Assembly (NCBI GenBank): GCA_000961655.1
Contig: LADR01000024.1
Span: 297,682-329,681, forward strand
Reading direction: 5' to 3'
Source: Desulfatitalea sp. BRH_c12
GTDB taxonomy: Bacteria > Desulfobacterota > Desulfobacteria > Desulfobacterales > Desulfosarcinaceae
DNA: 32,000 nt
Below the pieces are notes generated by a model that was given only the letters and a program-made list of their open reading frames with translations, did not search any database and was not told the origin of the DNA. This document shows positions 1 to 8,600 of this stretch, in pieces. Numbering within the stretch: the stretch's first letter is position 1; each line of letters starts with the position of its first letter. Position numbers and translations under genes: made by a program.

Positions 1-1236
1 AAACGCCGCAGGCTGCATGGCGGTTGGTATTTGACCTTGATCTGCCTGTGCAGCGCTCTCTGGGCTGCCAGCGAAGGTATGCTCTATCTCGGTCTGGACA
101 TCGATACCAGCATGCGCATCACCTTCGTTCAGTACTTGGGTACCGCACCGGTATCGGCGTTGACACTGTTGTTCACGCTGACCGTTTTTGGCCCCGATCG
201 CCGGAGCGATCGCAAATGGATCCGGCCCTTGTCGGTAGCGGCGGCTGTCATCATCCTGCTGGTCTGGACGAACCCACTGCACCATCTTGTGTATACAAAT
301 TATTATCGTATCGATACGGGTCCGGTCCCCATGCTCGGTCTCGAGCACGGCGTTGTGTGGTGGGTCATCATCGGATATCAATATCTTCTGTTGACTGTTT
401 TGACCGTCATCCTGGTAAGGCAAATCCGCATTGTCTCGGCCAGCATGCTTCGCGCTCAGGCGATTTTGATCCTGTCGGCCGTAATGATTGTCTGGTTGCT
501 CAATGCCGTCTATGTTACCGGGAACAGCCCCGTTCCCAACATGGATCTGGGACCCATGGCCTTTGTTCTGATGGCGGTATGTATCGCCTGGGGGTTTTTC
601 CGGTATCATCTGCTCGATATCGTGCCGATTGCCAAGGCTGAAATTTTTTACGGTCTTAAAGTGCCGATCCTCGTGGTCGATGATAAAGACCGCATTCTGG
701 AAATCAATCCGGCCGGCGCCGCGTTATTCGGCATCGCGGCCGCGCTTGCGACTGGGAAAAAGGCCGGCCGGGTCTTGCAAGATCATCCTGCATTGATCGA
801 ACTGCCCAGAGCCGCCGGAACGACCGAGGTCTGCCTCGAACTGGCAGGCCATATGCGATTTTTCGACCTGTCGGTCTCCATCTTGAACGATCGCAAAAAA
901 CGTCCGCTGGGGCGCGTCATTGTTCTGCAGGAGGTCACGCAATATATGCAGGTCGATGATACCATGCACGAAAACGAACGCCTGCAAGGGGTCCTGGAGA
1001 TGGCTGGTGCCGTGTGCCACGATATGAGTCAACCGCTCATGGCCATTATGGGGTATTTGGATTTGATCGCAATGGAGCTGGCGCCCAATCACCGGCTCAG
1101 CCCCAAGATCGCCGGACTGACCGAGCAATCCGGAAAGTTGAGCGAGATTATCCGTAAGCTGATGCGGATAACACCGTATAACGCCGGAAAGTACATGCGT
1201 GACAAAATCAGCGATGCCGATAAGTGCGCCCGATAG
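1..1236 (+). CDS. Membrane sensor, histidine-kinase-like. Multi-TM N-terminal sensor domain (HisKA_7TM type), PAS, and DHp/H-box. No HATPase_c domain. Probably 5'-partial at the window edge.
   Basis: Frame 1 is open from nt 1; the track start at 31 is a TTG. There are six hydrophobic helices in the first ~200 aa. A PAS-like segment reads ILVVDDKDRILEINPAGAALFG. The H-box reads AVCHDMSQPLMAIMGYLDLI (His codon 1018-1020). The stop at 1234-1236 is only 71 codons after the His, so there is no room for N/G1/G2 ATP-binding boxes. Confidence 0.8.
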   Translation, partial: KRRRLHGGWYLTLICLCSALWAASEGMLYLGLDIDTSMRITFVQYLGTAPVSALTLLFTLTVFGPDRRSDRKWIRPLSVAAAVIILLVWTNPLHHLVYTNYYRIDTGPVPMLGLEHGVVWWVIIGYQYLLLTVLTVILVRQIRIVSASMLRAQAILILSAVMIVWLLNAVYVTGNSPVPNMDLGPMAFVLMAVCIAWGFFRYHLLDIVPIAKAEIFYGLKVPILVVDDKDRILEINPAGAALFGIAAALATGKKAGRVLQDHPALIELPRAAGTTEVCLELAGHMRFFDLSVSILNDRKKRPLGRVIVLQEVTQYMQVDDTMHENERLQGVLEMAGAVCHDMSQPLMAIMGYLDLIAMELAPNHRLSPKIAGLTEQSGKLSEIIRKLMRITPYNAGKYMRDKISDADKCAR

Positions 1237-1498
1237 GTGTCGATCCGGATTCGGCAGGCCTCTGGCGGGCGGGTTCGTTGTGCCTACCCTGATCGCCAAC
1301 TACAGGGCAACCGCATATGGCTTGATCACAAAACGGAACATCGTTCGCCCCTACAGGTGAAACGGGATCAAGTGCCAAGGGGGGCGTTCCCCCTCAAGCC
1401 CGCACCTATGGTGAACGGCAGCTTTTTCGAAACCGGTGAGAAGTCCTAAAGAGCTGAATTTTCAAATGCGGTATCCTCAACGCCGGTCATTGTCGAGG

Positions 1499-1527
1499 TT
1501 GACAAGGACCATCCGCCAAGGTAGTGT
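1499..1527 (+). promoter_or_regulatory. Candidate sigma-70 promoter for the TRAP operon
   Basis: TTGACA (1499-1504), a 17-nt spacer, then TAGTGT (1522-1527), about 85 nt upstream of the SBP start codon. Pattern match only. Confidence 0.3.
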
Positions 1528-1612
1528 CCGCGCCCAGTATTGCTTTATCTGCAAGACAGTTTGGACCTCGAACCTTATCTGTTCCTCACTTGCTTCAAAG
1601 GAGGGTGTTCGC

Positions 1613-2635
1613 ATGAAAAAAGGCTTGCTGATGTCTTTGATAGCGCTGACAATGGTATGTACGGTTTCCGGCATGATCCACCCGTCCCCGGCCGTGGCGG
1701 CTCCGGTGACGCTCACCTACAGCAATTTTTTCCCGCCGACCCATATTCAGAGCCAGTTGGCCGAGAGCTGGTGCCGTGAGGTGGAAAAGCAAACCGAGGG
1801 CCGTGTCAAGGTTCAGTATTTCGCCGGTCAGACCCTGACCAAGGCCAATCAAACCTATGACAGCGTCCTGAACGGCATCGCCGATATCGGTCTCTCGGCT
1901 TTTGCGTACACGCGCGGTCGCTTTCCGGTGATGGGCATCATTGATATGCCCCTGGGATATCCGACCGGTTCCGCGGCGACGGCCGCCGCCAATGATGTCT
2001 ATACCCGTTTCAAGCCCAAGGAATTGGACCAAACCCAGGTGATGTACCTGCATGCGCACGGTCCCGGAATGATTCATACGCGCAAAAAGCCCCTGCGTAC
2101 CCTGGAGGATTTAAAAGGGTTGAAGATCCGCTCCACGGGCATCAGCGCCGAAATGGTGACGGCTCTCGGCGGCAGCCCGGTTTCCATGCCCATGCCCGAA
2201 TCGTATCAAAGCATTCAAAAAGGGGTTGTGGACGGCAGCGCCCATCCCCTGGAAACCAATAAAGGCTGGAAATTGGGTGAAGTGCTCGAATACGTGACGA
2301 TGGCGCAACCGGTCGCCTATACGACCGCTTTTTTTGTGGTGATGAACAAAAACAAGTGGAACCGTCTGGATGCCAAGGATCGGGCCGCCATCGAGGCGAT
2401 CAATGCCGAATGGGCCGGCAAGCATGGTCAGGCCTGGGACAGCAGCGATGCGGATGGAATGGCGTTTTTCAAAGAAAATGGCCACATCGTCATCGATATC
2501 GATGCCAAGGAACTTGCCCGTTGGGAATCGGCGGTAACCCCTATGATCGACACCTATGTCCACAAACTCGAGCAGGATGGTCTGAACGGAAAAGCCGTTC
2601 TCGAATCGATTCGCCAGAAGTTGAGCAAACCGTGA
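1613..2635 (+). CDS. TRAP transporter substrate-binding protein (DctP family)
   Basis: ORF 1436-2635 trimmed to ATG 1613, which is preceded by AAGGAGGG. Signal peptide MKKGLLMSLIALTMVCTVSGMIHPSPAVA. DctP-type sequence, followed directly by the small and large TRAP permeases. Confidence 0.9.
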   Translation: MKKGLLMSLIALTMVCTVSGMIHPSPAVAAPVTLTYSNFFPPTHIQSQLAESWCREVEKQTEGRVKVQYFAGQTLTKANQTYDSVLNGIADIGLSAFAYTRGRFPVMGIIDMPLGYPTGSAATAAANDVYTRFKPKELDQTQVMYLHAHGPGMIHTRKKPLRTLEDLKGLKIRSTGISAEMVTALGGSPVSMPMPESYQSIQKGVVDGSAHPLETNKGWKLGEVLEYVTMAQPVAYTTAFFVVMNKNKWNRLDAKDRAAIEAINAEWAGKHGQAWDSSDADGMAFFKENGHIVIDIDAKELARWESAVTPMIDTYVHKLEQDGLNGKAVLESIRQKLSKP

Positions 2636-2661
2636 TCAGTGATCGAAGGATCTTTGGATAA

Positions 2662-3147
2662 ATGGATCGCATCTGGAAAGTTGTCGGATTCCTGTCTCGC
2701 GCTCTAAAACGAGGTGGGGCCGTCTGCCTGGTGGGCATGGCGGCACTCACCTGCGTCGATGTGGTCGGCCGTTTTTTTAAATATCCCGTCTTCGGGTCGG
2801 TGGAGCTGGTGACCTTCATGGGCGTTTTGGCCGTGGCCGCCGCTCTGCCGTTTACCCATGAAACCAATGGCCACATCGGCGTCGAGCTGCTCATGCGCCG
2901 GCTCTCGAACCGGACGCGTGCCATTGTGGATGCCTGCACCGGGACCATGGGCTGTCTCTTATTCGGCGTGGTCGCCTGGCGCATGGTGGTCTTCGCTATC
3001 GATCTGCGGCAGTCGGGCGAAGTTTCCATGAATCTGCAACTGCCTGAATACATGATTGTTTTTGCGGTGGCTGCCGCCTTCATGATTTTATCCGTAGTCA
3101 TTTTCAAAGGAGTGATCGACGCTTTCGGTCGCATGAGAAACAAATGA
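2662..3147 (+). CDS. TRAP transporter small permease (DctQ family)
   Basis: 161 aa with four hydrophobic helices, located between the SBP and the large permease. ATGA stop/start overlap with the next gene at 3144-3147. Confidence 0.85.
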   Translation: MDRIWKVVGFLSRALKRGGAVCLVGMAALTCVDVVGRFFKYPVFGSVELVTFMGVLAVAAALPFTHETNGHIGVELLMRRLSNRTRAIVDACTGTMGCLLFGVVAWRMVVFAIDLRQSGEVSMNLQLPEYMIVFAVAAAFMILSVVIFKGVIDAFGRMRNK

Positions 3148-4457
3148 GCGCATCCCTGATCGGTATTTCCGGCATTGTTCTGATGGTAATGGTTTTTCTG
3201 ACCCGGATGCCTGTTTCCTATGTCATGGCACTGATCGGGTTTTTGGGGTTCAGTTTCATGATATCGGTCGAAGGAGGCCTCAACCTTCTGGCCAAGGATA
3301 TCTACTCGGTTTTTGGCTCGTACGACCTGACCACCATTCCCTTGTTTATCCTCATGGGCCAACTGGCCTTTAATACCGGTATCAGCCGCCGACTTTACGA
3401 TACCGCCTATAAATACCTGGGCAGCACGCGCGGAGGATTGGCCATCGCCACCATATCGGCTTGCACGGCTTTCGGCGCCGTGTGCGGCTCCAGTCCCGCC
3501 ACGGCCGCTACCATGGCCACCGTCGGCCTGCCCGAAATGAAACGGTTCAATTACGCCGACGAACTCGCCGCCGGTGTTGTGGCCTCGGGAGGCGGCCTGG
3601 GCATGATCATGCCGCCGAGCGTGGTGCTGCTCGTCTACGGTGTCCTGACCCAGCAGTCGATAGGCAAACTGTTCGTGGCCGGCATTGTACCCGCTTTTCT
3701 GGTGACCGTGCTGTTCTGCGCCACCATCCTGATCTGGTGCACGCTGAAGCCGAATCAAGGGCCGCGCGGGGAATCTTTTTCCTGGAAAGTGCGCCTGCAG
3801 TCGATCCGCGATCTCGGGGAAACCATTTCCGTATTCCTGTTGGTGATGGGCGGGCTGTTTTTCGGTTGGTTTACCCCCACAGAAGCGGCGGCCATCGGTG
3901 TTTTCGGTGTGGCACTGGTATCGACCCTGCGCCGCCAGATGACCTGGCCACGGTTTGTGTCGGCCCTGTACGATACCCTGAAAACGTCGTGCATGGTGAT
4001 GATGTTGATTGCCGGGGCCGTCGTTTTCGGCAAATTCATGGCGGTCACGCGCATCCCTTTCGACATCGCCGCCTGGATCGAGCATTTGAATCTCTCGCCG
4101 GTGTTGATTCTCTCGATGGTGATTTTGGTCTATTTCATCGGGGGATGCTTCATGGATTCTCTGGCACTGGTCATGCTGACCGTTCCCATCTTCTATCCGT
4201 TGGTCATGCAACTGGGATACGATCCCATCTGGTTCGGCATCATCATCGTCATGGTGACCGAAATGGGGGTCATCACCCCGCCGGTGGGCATCAATGTGTA
4301 TGTCGTGTACGGCGTGGCCCTGGGCATGAAAAACGATATCGCATTGGAATCGATCTTCAAAGGCGTATTGCCCTTTTTGCTGGCTGTGATCATCGGCATC
4401 ATCATCGTAACAACCTTCCCGCAGGCCGTTCTTTTTCTGCCCAATTTGATGTATTGA
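3144..4457 (+). CDS. TRAP transporter large permease (DctM family)
   Basis: 437-aa polytopic membrane protein with a typical DctM-like sequence, translationally coupled to the small permease. Confidence 0.9.
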   Translation: MSASLIGISGIVLMVMVFLTRMPVSYVMALIGFLGFSFMISVEGGLNLLAKDIYSVFGSYDLTTIPLFILMGQLAFNTGISRRLYDTAYKYLGSTRGGLAIATISACTAFGAVCGSSPATAATMATVGLPEMKRFNYADELAAGVVASGGGLGMIMPPSVVLLVYGVLTQQSIGKLFVAGIVPAFLVTVLFCATILIWCTLKPNQGPRGESFSWKVRLQSIRDLGETISVFLLVMGGLFFGWFTPTEAAAIGVFGVALVSTLRRQMTWPRFVSALYDTLKTSCMVMMLIAGAVVFGKFMAVTRIPFDIAAWIEHLNLSPVLILSMVILVYFIGGCFMDSLALVMLTVPIFYPLVMQLGYDPIWFGIIIVMVTEMGVITPPVGINVYVVYGVALGMKNDIALESIFKGVLPFLLAVIIGIIIVTTFPQAVLFLPNLMY

Positions 4458-4486
4458 GAGTGATTACGTTTTCTTGATATCACTTT
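4457..4486 (+). terminator. Weak terminator-like hairpin after the TRAP operon
   Basis: AGAGTGAT (4457-4464) pairs with ATCACTTT (4479-4486), including one G-U pair, with a 14-nt loop and a short T stretch. Two further hairpins follow at 4493-4507 and 4508-4548. Confidence 0.3.
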
Positions 4487-4585
4487 AAGCCTTTGTATTG
4501 GATACAAGCACGCAAAAACATGTCCCACGTTTGCTTAAGGATGCGTGCGTAGCGTGGGCGAACACAATATTGACTTGAATTTCGC

Positions 4586-5449
4586 ATGCACCCTCAAAAA
4601 TCACGTCTGTTGGGCGACCTGGCTATCTTCGGGTCGGCTCTGTTTTTCTATCTCTCTACTGCCGTGGTCCGCTGGGGAGAAGGCCTGGTGTCCATCGACG
4701 CGGCCTACTACGTTTTCGCGCGGTTTTTTCTCGGCATCCTCATGGTGATCATCGTCATGCGGGTGCGGCGGACCGCGTTGCGCATCCACAGTTACCACCT
4801 GCTGATCGGCCGGGCCCTTTTCAATACCGTGGCGGTCTACTGTTTTTATAAAGCAGTGGCACTGACCACCGTGGCCGAAGCCAACATCCTCAATATGACC
4901 TTTCCGCTGTTCGTGGCCATTTTTTCATGGATCTTTTTTAAGAAACAGCGCGACTGGAAAGCCAGCATCACCGTGGCCGTGGCGTTTGTGGGCATATGGC
5001 TGGTATTGGCGCCTGAGAAGGCCGCTTTCAAGGAGGGCAGCTTGTGGGGCTTGGCATCGGGATTGACTGCGGCGGCGGCCATTCTTTATCTCAATCTCAG
5101 CCGCCGCGAACACGATACCAACACCATTTTGTTTTTCATGTTCAGCATCGGCACGGTTGTGATTTTTGCCGTGTACTATCCCTATATTTTCATGCCCGGA
5201 TGGCTGGACCTTCTCTTTTTGACGCTATGCGCCGGATTCGGGGTGATCGGTCAATATCTGCTCACCCAGGGTTTTCGCTACGTGACGGCGGTCGAAGGCA
5301 GCATCGTCTCATCGGCACGCATCCTGATGGCCGCCTTGCTCGGTCCCTGGCTGGTGTCCGATCCGGCGCTGGGTGCCGGTGGCTGGGTGGGTGCCATTCT
5401 GATCTTTGCGGCCAATGTTTACCTGGCACTTAGAAGAGTCAGCACTTAG
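4586..5449 (+). CDS. DMT-superfamily permease (EamA-like, two repeat halves)
   Basis: 287 aa with about 10 hydrophobic helices, and a composition and length typical of EamA/RhaT-type transporters. The start codon is not verified. Confidence 0.8.
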   Translation: MHPQKSRLLGDLAIFGSALFFYLSTAVVRWGEGLVSIDAAYYVFARFFLGILMVIIVMRVRRTALRIHSYHLLIGRALFNTVAVYCFYKAVALTTVAEANILNMTFPLFVAIFSWIFFKKQRDWKASITVAVAFVGIWLVLAPEKAAFKEGSLWGLASGLTAAAAILYLNLSRREHDTNTILFFMFSIGTVVIFAVYYPYIFMPGWLDLLFLTLCAGFGVIGQYLLTQGFRYVTAVEGSIVSSARILMAALLGPWLVSDPALGAGGWVGAILIFAANVYLALRRVST

Positions 5450-5498
5450 GTGGGCTCCCGGTGGGTGAGGGGGCGCGAGCGCCATCTCGGTTCAGCTA

Positions 5499-5544
5499 TA
5501 GGGGCGAACCTTGTGTTCGCCTGCATCGACACACAAGATTCGCC
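5499..5544. repeat. REP-like hairpin repeat: a full copy plus an adjacent inverted partial copy
   Basis: TAGGGGCGAACCTTGTGTTCGCC (5499-5521) is identical to 14268-14290. The stem is GGCGAAC (5503-5509) with GTTCGCC (5515-5521) and a 5-nt loop. ACACAAGATTCGCC (5531-5544) is the reverse complement of 5503-5516 with one mismatch. The element lies between convergent genes. Confidence 0.7.
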
Positions 5545-5559
5545 ATTTTGAGAGAACCA

Positions 5560-7626
5560 CTACTCTCTGCGTGCGCCTCCTGATCTGCCGTTCTGACGAG
5601 CGGGTTGGGAGGAACGACTCGGCGCAGATTGTGGTTCACGCTCCATGTGCTGATAAGAACGTCGTTCCCGACCGTTAGGGGACATACTGTTGGCCGGTTG
5701 ACCGGGAAGCGACGGACGACGATCGCGCACGGATGGGTTGGCCTGCACGGATGGCTGATCGGGCACAGCTTTCGGTTGGGTCACCGCATTTGGTTGGGGC
5801 ATGGCTTTCCGCTCGGGCAGGGCACGCCGTTCGGGCGAGGGTTGCCGTTGCGGTGATTGTATCTGTTTGCCGGGATGGGCCTCCGGGCTCTGCTGCAGTT
5901 GCCTGGATTCCGAAGCAGGTCGGTTGGCCGGCCTCGATGGTTCTGACGGCCTGCTTTCACTGGCTCTCGCATTCGGCTTATAACGGTCTGGAGCGGGGTC
6001 GTTTCTCTCCTGTCCACGGATGGCATTGGCCGGCGGGGAGGGCCGCGAATCACGCCGGATTACGGTCCTTTCGTCGGTGCCTTGACCAATGGTGGCACGT
6101 GTCAATCCTGTGGCTTCACGCCTTTTGGGAGACGCTACGATGCGCGGTTCGGGTGACGAAAAACGGGGTTTCATCGTCTCTGTCGCAGACCCTTTCGGTC
6201 CCTTTTCAACCGCGATTCGGCGCGGCGTCGTGCGAGGACGTGTCGCCACAACCGCGCGCTTCAGATTCTCCTCAGACGGCCGAATGCCCCGCCGGTCATG
6301 CGGCGTGTAGCTGGCTGGCGTGGCATGGCTTCTGCCGGGCAGTTTCCGATTGAGTTCCAAGCTCTTGTCGTCCATGTGCGCGATGCGCACCGTCGACACC
6401 CGGCCACGGCCGAAATGCTTTTCAGACACCGCCACCACGCCGTTGCGCACCTTCATGTTGTGATAATGATGAATGTCATTGACGCGCACCACGGTTGTCC
6501 GGTGGACGACCACCGTGTTGACCATACGTGGCCCGCCCCAACCGCCCCACCATGGACGGTGGATAAACCCGGGACGACCCCACCAGGGCACGAGTGGCTC
6601 GCCCCATCCAAGCGCCACCCAGCCGACCATGGGGCCGCTGCTGACACTCACGTACAGGCCGGGACCTCCGATAAAGGCGACCAGCGCGGGGGCATATACC
6701 GGGCGGGCCACCAGGGGCCCTGGCGCCCAAGCCCAGAAGTTGTTCACATGGACCCAGCGCCCGTAATGGTAAGGCGCCCAGCCCCATGGCGCGGTGTCCA
6801 CCCAGGTCCAGCCATAATAGGGGTCCATCGTCCAGGCGCCACTGGTATAGGGCGCCCATCCGGCGGGAACGCCCGTGGGAATCCAAACAGGTCCATAGGT
6901 GGGCATGATGCGCCACGACCCGTGATCGTCCAGGTCGCTTGCGCCATAGGTGCCCGGCGGAATATAGCGGGCGCTGATTGCATCCAGAAGCTCATCGGTG
7001 CGCACATAGTTCCACTCATCCCATTCATCGAGCGGCGGTGCGGCATAAGCGGTGAGTGTCGGGTCGTTTATGCCCTCAAGGATCACCTCCTCACTGGGCG
7101 CGATGATGACCGACCGACCGGCTGCTGTCGTCGCAATGGCCTTGCCCGAACGGCGCACAGTGAAAGAGGTGCGCGTGCCGTTGACATCCACGCGGTAGTA
7201 GCCGGGGTCATCGATCGTGAAAGCGGCGTTGGGCGTATCCACCTCCACCGTGTGACCCGGCGCAAGCACCCGCAAATCGAAAGCGGCATAGCCCGAAGTC
7301 ACCTTGAACTGGAGAAAAGCGGGTTCCTGATTTTCCAATCCGATCTGGGTGTTGGCCCACCCGCGCACAAACGCGCGCTCGCCGACCTGCAGTTCGACAT
7401 TGCCGGGAGAGCCGGTATAAAGTTGGTCTCCAGGGGACAGCGGCGTATTGATTTGGGCTTCGACCCAATCATCCGCCCCCGGTCGAAAAAACGATACCTG
7501 CCCATCTACAAAGCTGAGCCGCGGCGGTGTGGGATCGCTGGCATCCGATGGCGACGCGGCGGCCGAAGAATACCCGGCCAAAAGGCCGAATGTCACAACC
7601 ACTAGGATGAAACACTTGGCACGCAT
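5560..7626 (-). CDS. Secreted protein of unknown function: FecR-like beta-sandwich N-domain, W/G/P-rich repeat region (DUF6600-like), and a long Pro/Arg/Ser/Gln-rich disordered basic tail
   Basis: AAGGAG lies 7 nt upstream of ATG 7626. Signal peptide MRAKCFILVVVTFGLLAGYSSAAA. FecR-like segment VSFFRPGADDWVEAQINTPLSPGDQLYTG...VELQ. Repeated aromatic motif YGPVWIP...WAPYTSGAWT...YYGWTWVDTAPWGWAPYHYGRWVHVNNFWAWAPGP. The last ~250 aa are low complexity. The domain names come from memory of these families, not from a search. Confidence 0.75.
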   Translation of the reverse strand: MRAKCFILVVVTFGLLAGYSSAAASPSDASDPTPPRLSFVDGQVSFFRPGADDWVEAQINTPLSPGDQLYTGSPGNVELQVGERAFVRGWANTQIGLENQEPAFLQFKVTSGYAAFDLRVLAPGHTVEVDTPNAAFTIDDPGYYRVDVNGTRTSFTVRRSGKAIATTAAGRSVIIAPSEEVILEGINDPTLTAYAAPPLDEWDEWNYVRTDELLDAISARYIPPGTYGASDLDDHGSWRIMPTYGPVWIPTGVPAGWAPYTSGAWTMDPYYGWTWVDTAPWGWAPYHYGRWVHVNNFWAWAPGPLVARPVYAPALVAFIGGPGLYVSVSSGPMVGWVALGWGEPLVPWWGRPGFIHRPWWGGWGGPRMVNTVVVHRTTVVRVNDIHHYHNMKVRNGVVAVSEKHFGRGRVSTVRIAHMDDKSLELNRKLPGRSHATPASYTPHDRRGIRPSEENLKRAVVATRPRTTPRRIAVEKGPKGSATETMKPRFSSPEPRIVASPKRREATGLTRATIGQGTDERTVIRRDSRPSPPANAIRGQERNDPAPDRYKPNARASESRPSEPSRPANRPASESRQLQQSPEAHPGKQIQSPQRQPSPERRALPERKAMPQPNAVTQPKAVPDQPSVQANPSVRDRRPSLPGQPANSMSPNGRERRSYQHMEREPQSAPSRSSQPARQNGRSGGARRE

Positions 7627-7743
7627 AATTTTTCTCCTTTTACCCCTTCGATGTCATGGTTGTTGCCCGGCATGTGCAGGGGTGTTGCGGGCTTCTTTCG
7701 ACAATGATACTTCCAAAACAACGTCTGATTCACATACCTCCGA

Positions 7744-8301
7744 TCAATACGGGGGTGGTGGCGGTGGCGGCAAGTGCCTTTGGGTGCGACCTACAGGCGG
7801 CGGAGGCGGAGGCGGAGGAGGCGGCGGTGTATCAGCTCTGTGCGAGTATGTCCGCCGCGGCTGCAGGCCCGGAATATCGTTGCCTTTTGAATACATACAT
7901 TGCTGGTAGGCGATATCATAACGGCGTTGAATTTGGGATCCGGCCGCATAGGCCGGCCCACTCGCCACGGCTGCGCCGCCGATTAAGCCCGTGCCTGCGC
8001 CAATGGCAGCGCCCGCACCCGCATGGCCCGAAGCGGCCCCGATGACCGCACCCACAGCCGCACCGGTCAAAGCACCCACGGCTGCGCCGCTGGCCACGTT
8101 CTGGTTGGCCACCTGGTCGGCGGCCCCGCCAGCTTGCTGATCGGCCCATTGCCGGCAGATGGCGTCATCCTCCTGGAAATTTTCGAACGTCTTTCCGGGT
8201 GCCGGCCACGCCGCAACGCTTGGGCCAGAGGGGATCGTCGTGCATCCAACCAGTAGCCCCGCCGTCATGATCAACGCAAAAATTTTCCGTAAGCCTGTCA
8301 T
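7744..8301 (-). CDS. Lipoprotein with a glycine-zipper domain and a poly-proline C-terminus
   Basis: GAGGAG lies 9 nt upstream of ATG 8301. Lipobox LLVGC. Gly-zipper stretch GAAVGALTGAAVGAVIGAASGHAGAGAAIGAGTGLIGGAAVASG. The conserved-looking RRYDIAYQQCMYSKGN follows. The C-terminus is P11-VGRTQRHL-P7-Y. Confidence 0.75.
   Translation of the reverse strand: MTGLRKIFALIMTAGLLVGCTTIPSGPSVAAWPAPGKTFENFQEDDAICRQWADQQAGGAADQVANQNVASGAAVGALTGAAVGAVIGAASGHAGAGAAIGAGTGLIGGAAVASGPAYAAGSQIQRRYDIAYQQCMYSKGNDIPGLQPRRTYSHRADTPPPPPPPPPPPVGRTQRHLPPPPPPPY
7751..7829. repeat. Two GGN/CCN triplet tracts encoding the poly-proline runs
   Basis: 7751-7771 reads GGGGGTGGTGGCGGTGGCGGC. 7797-7829 reads GGCGGCGGAGGCGGAGGCGGAGGAGGCGGCGGT. 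On the minus strand these read as runs of 7 and 11 Pro codons. Confidence 0.9.
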
Positions 8302-8600
8302 TGCGCGTTTCTCCTCGTGACGCGTTTGCCGCGTCGATTCGGGTCAGGCCACACGGCCGTGCAATGCATACAAAACATTAGACGCTTTTGATTTCGGAAA
8401 GGTTTACAAACGCTCACGGACTGATTTGCAGGCTTACCCGTGTTGATGCGTGATTCGTCGGCGGAAAGGAACGTGTAGGCAAAATAGAATCATCGCGCAT
8501 TTCACCCAGTCAGTCCCGCATCCGATTATGGTGAGCAACGGGGGCACGGCGGCGCTCCGGCGTCGGTCGCCTGAGCGCCCCTGAATGTGACCAATGAATT

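Noticed and set aside
1237-1449. 70-aa ORF directly after the sensor gene, considered as a split-off kinase ATPase domain
   Set aside because: It has a GTG start without an RBS and a basic, low-complexity sequence. There is no Asn box or Gly-rich ATP-lid motif, and it contains a REP-like fragment.
2541-4211. 556-aa ORF on the minus strand, one of the longest in the track
   Set aside because: It is entirely antisense to the TRAP small and large permease genes. The product is a His/Gln/Arg/Gly-rich low-complexity string with no RBS and no recognisable domain. This is a typical stop-poor antisense frame of GC-rich coding DNA.
6298-7605. 435-aa plus-strand ORF
   Set aside because: It is antisense to the 688-aa secreted protein, which has an RBS, a signal peptide and conserved aromatic repeats. 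The plus-strand product is Arg/Gly/His/Pro-rich with no features.
7751-7829. G-quadruplex potential of the G-rich tracts
   Set aside because: The tracts are mostly GG doublets separated by single bases, with only one G5 run. Their existence is fully explained by poly-proline coding on the opposite strand.
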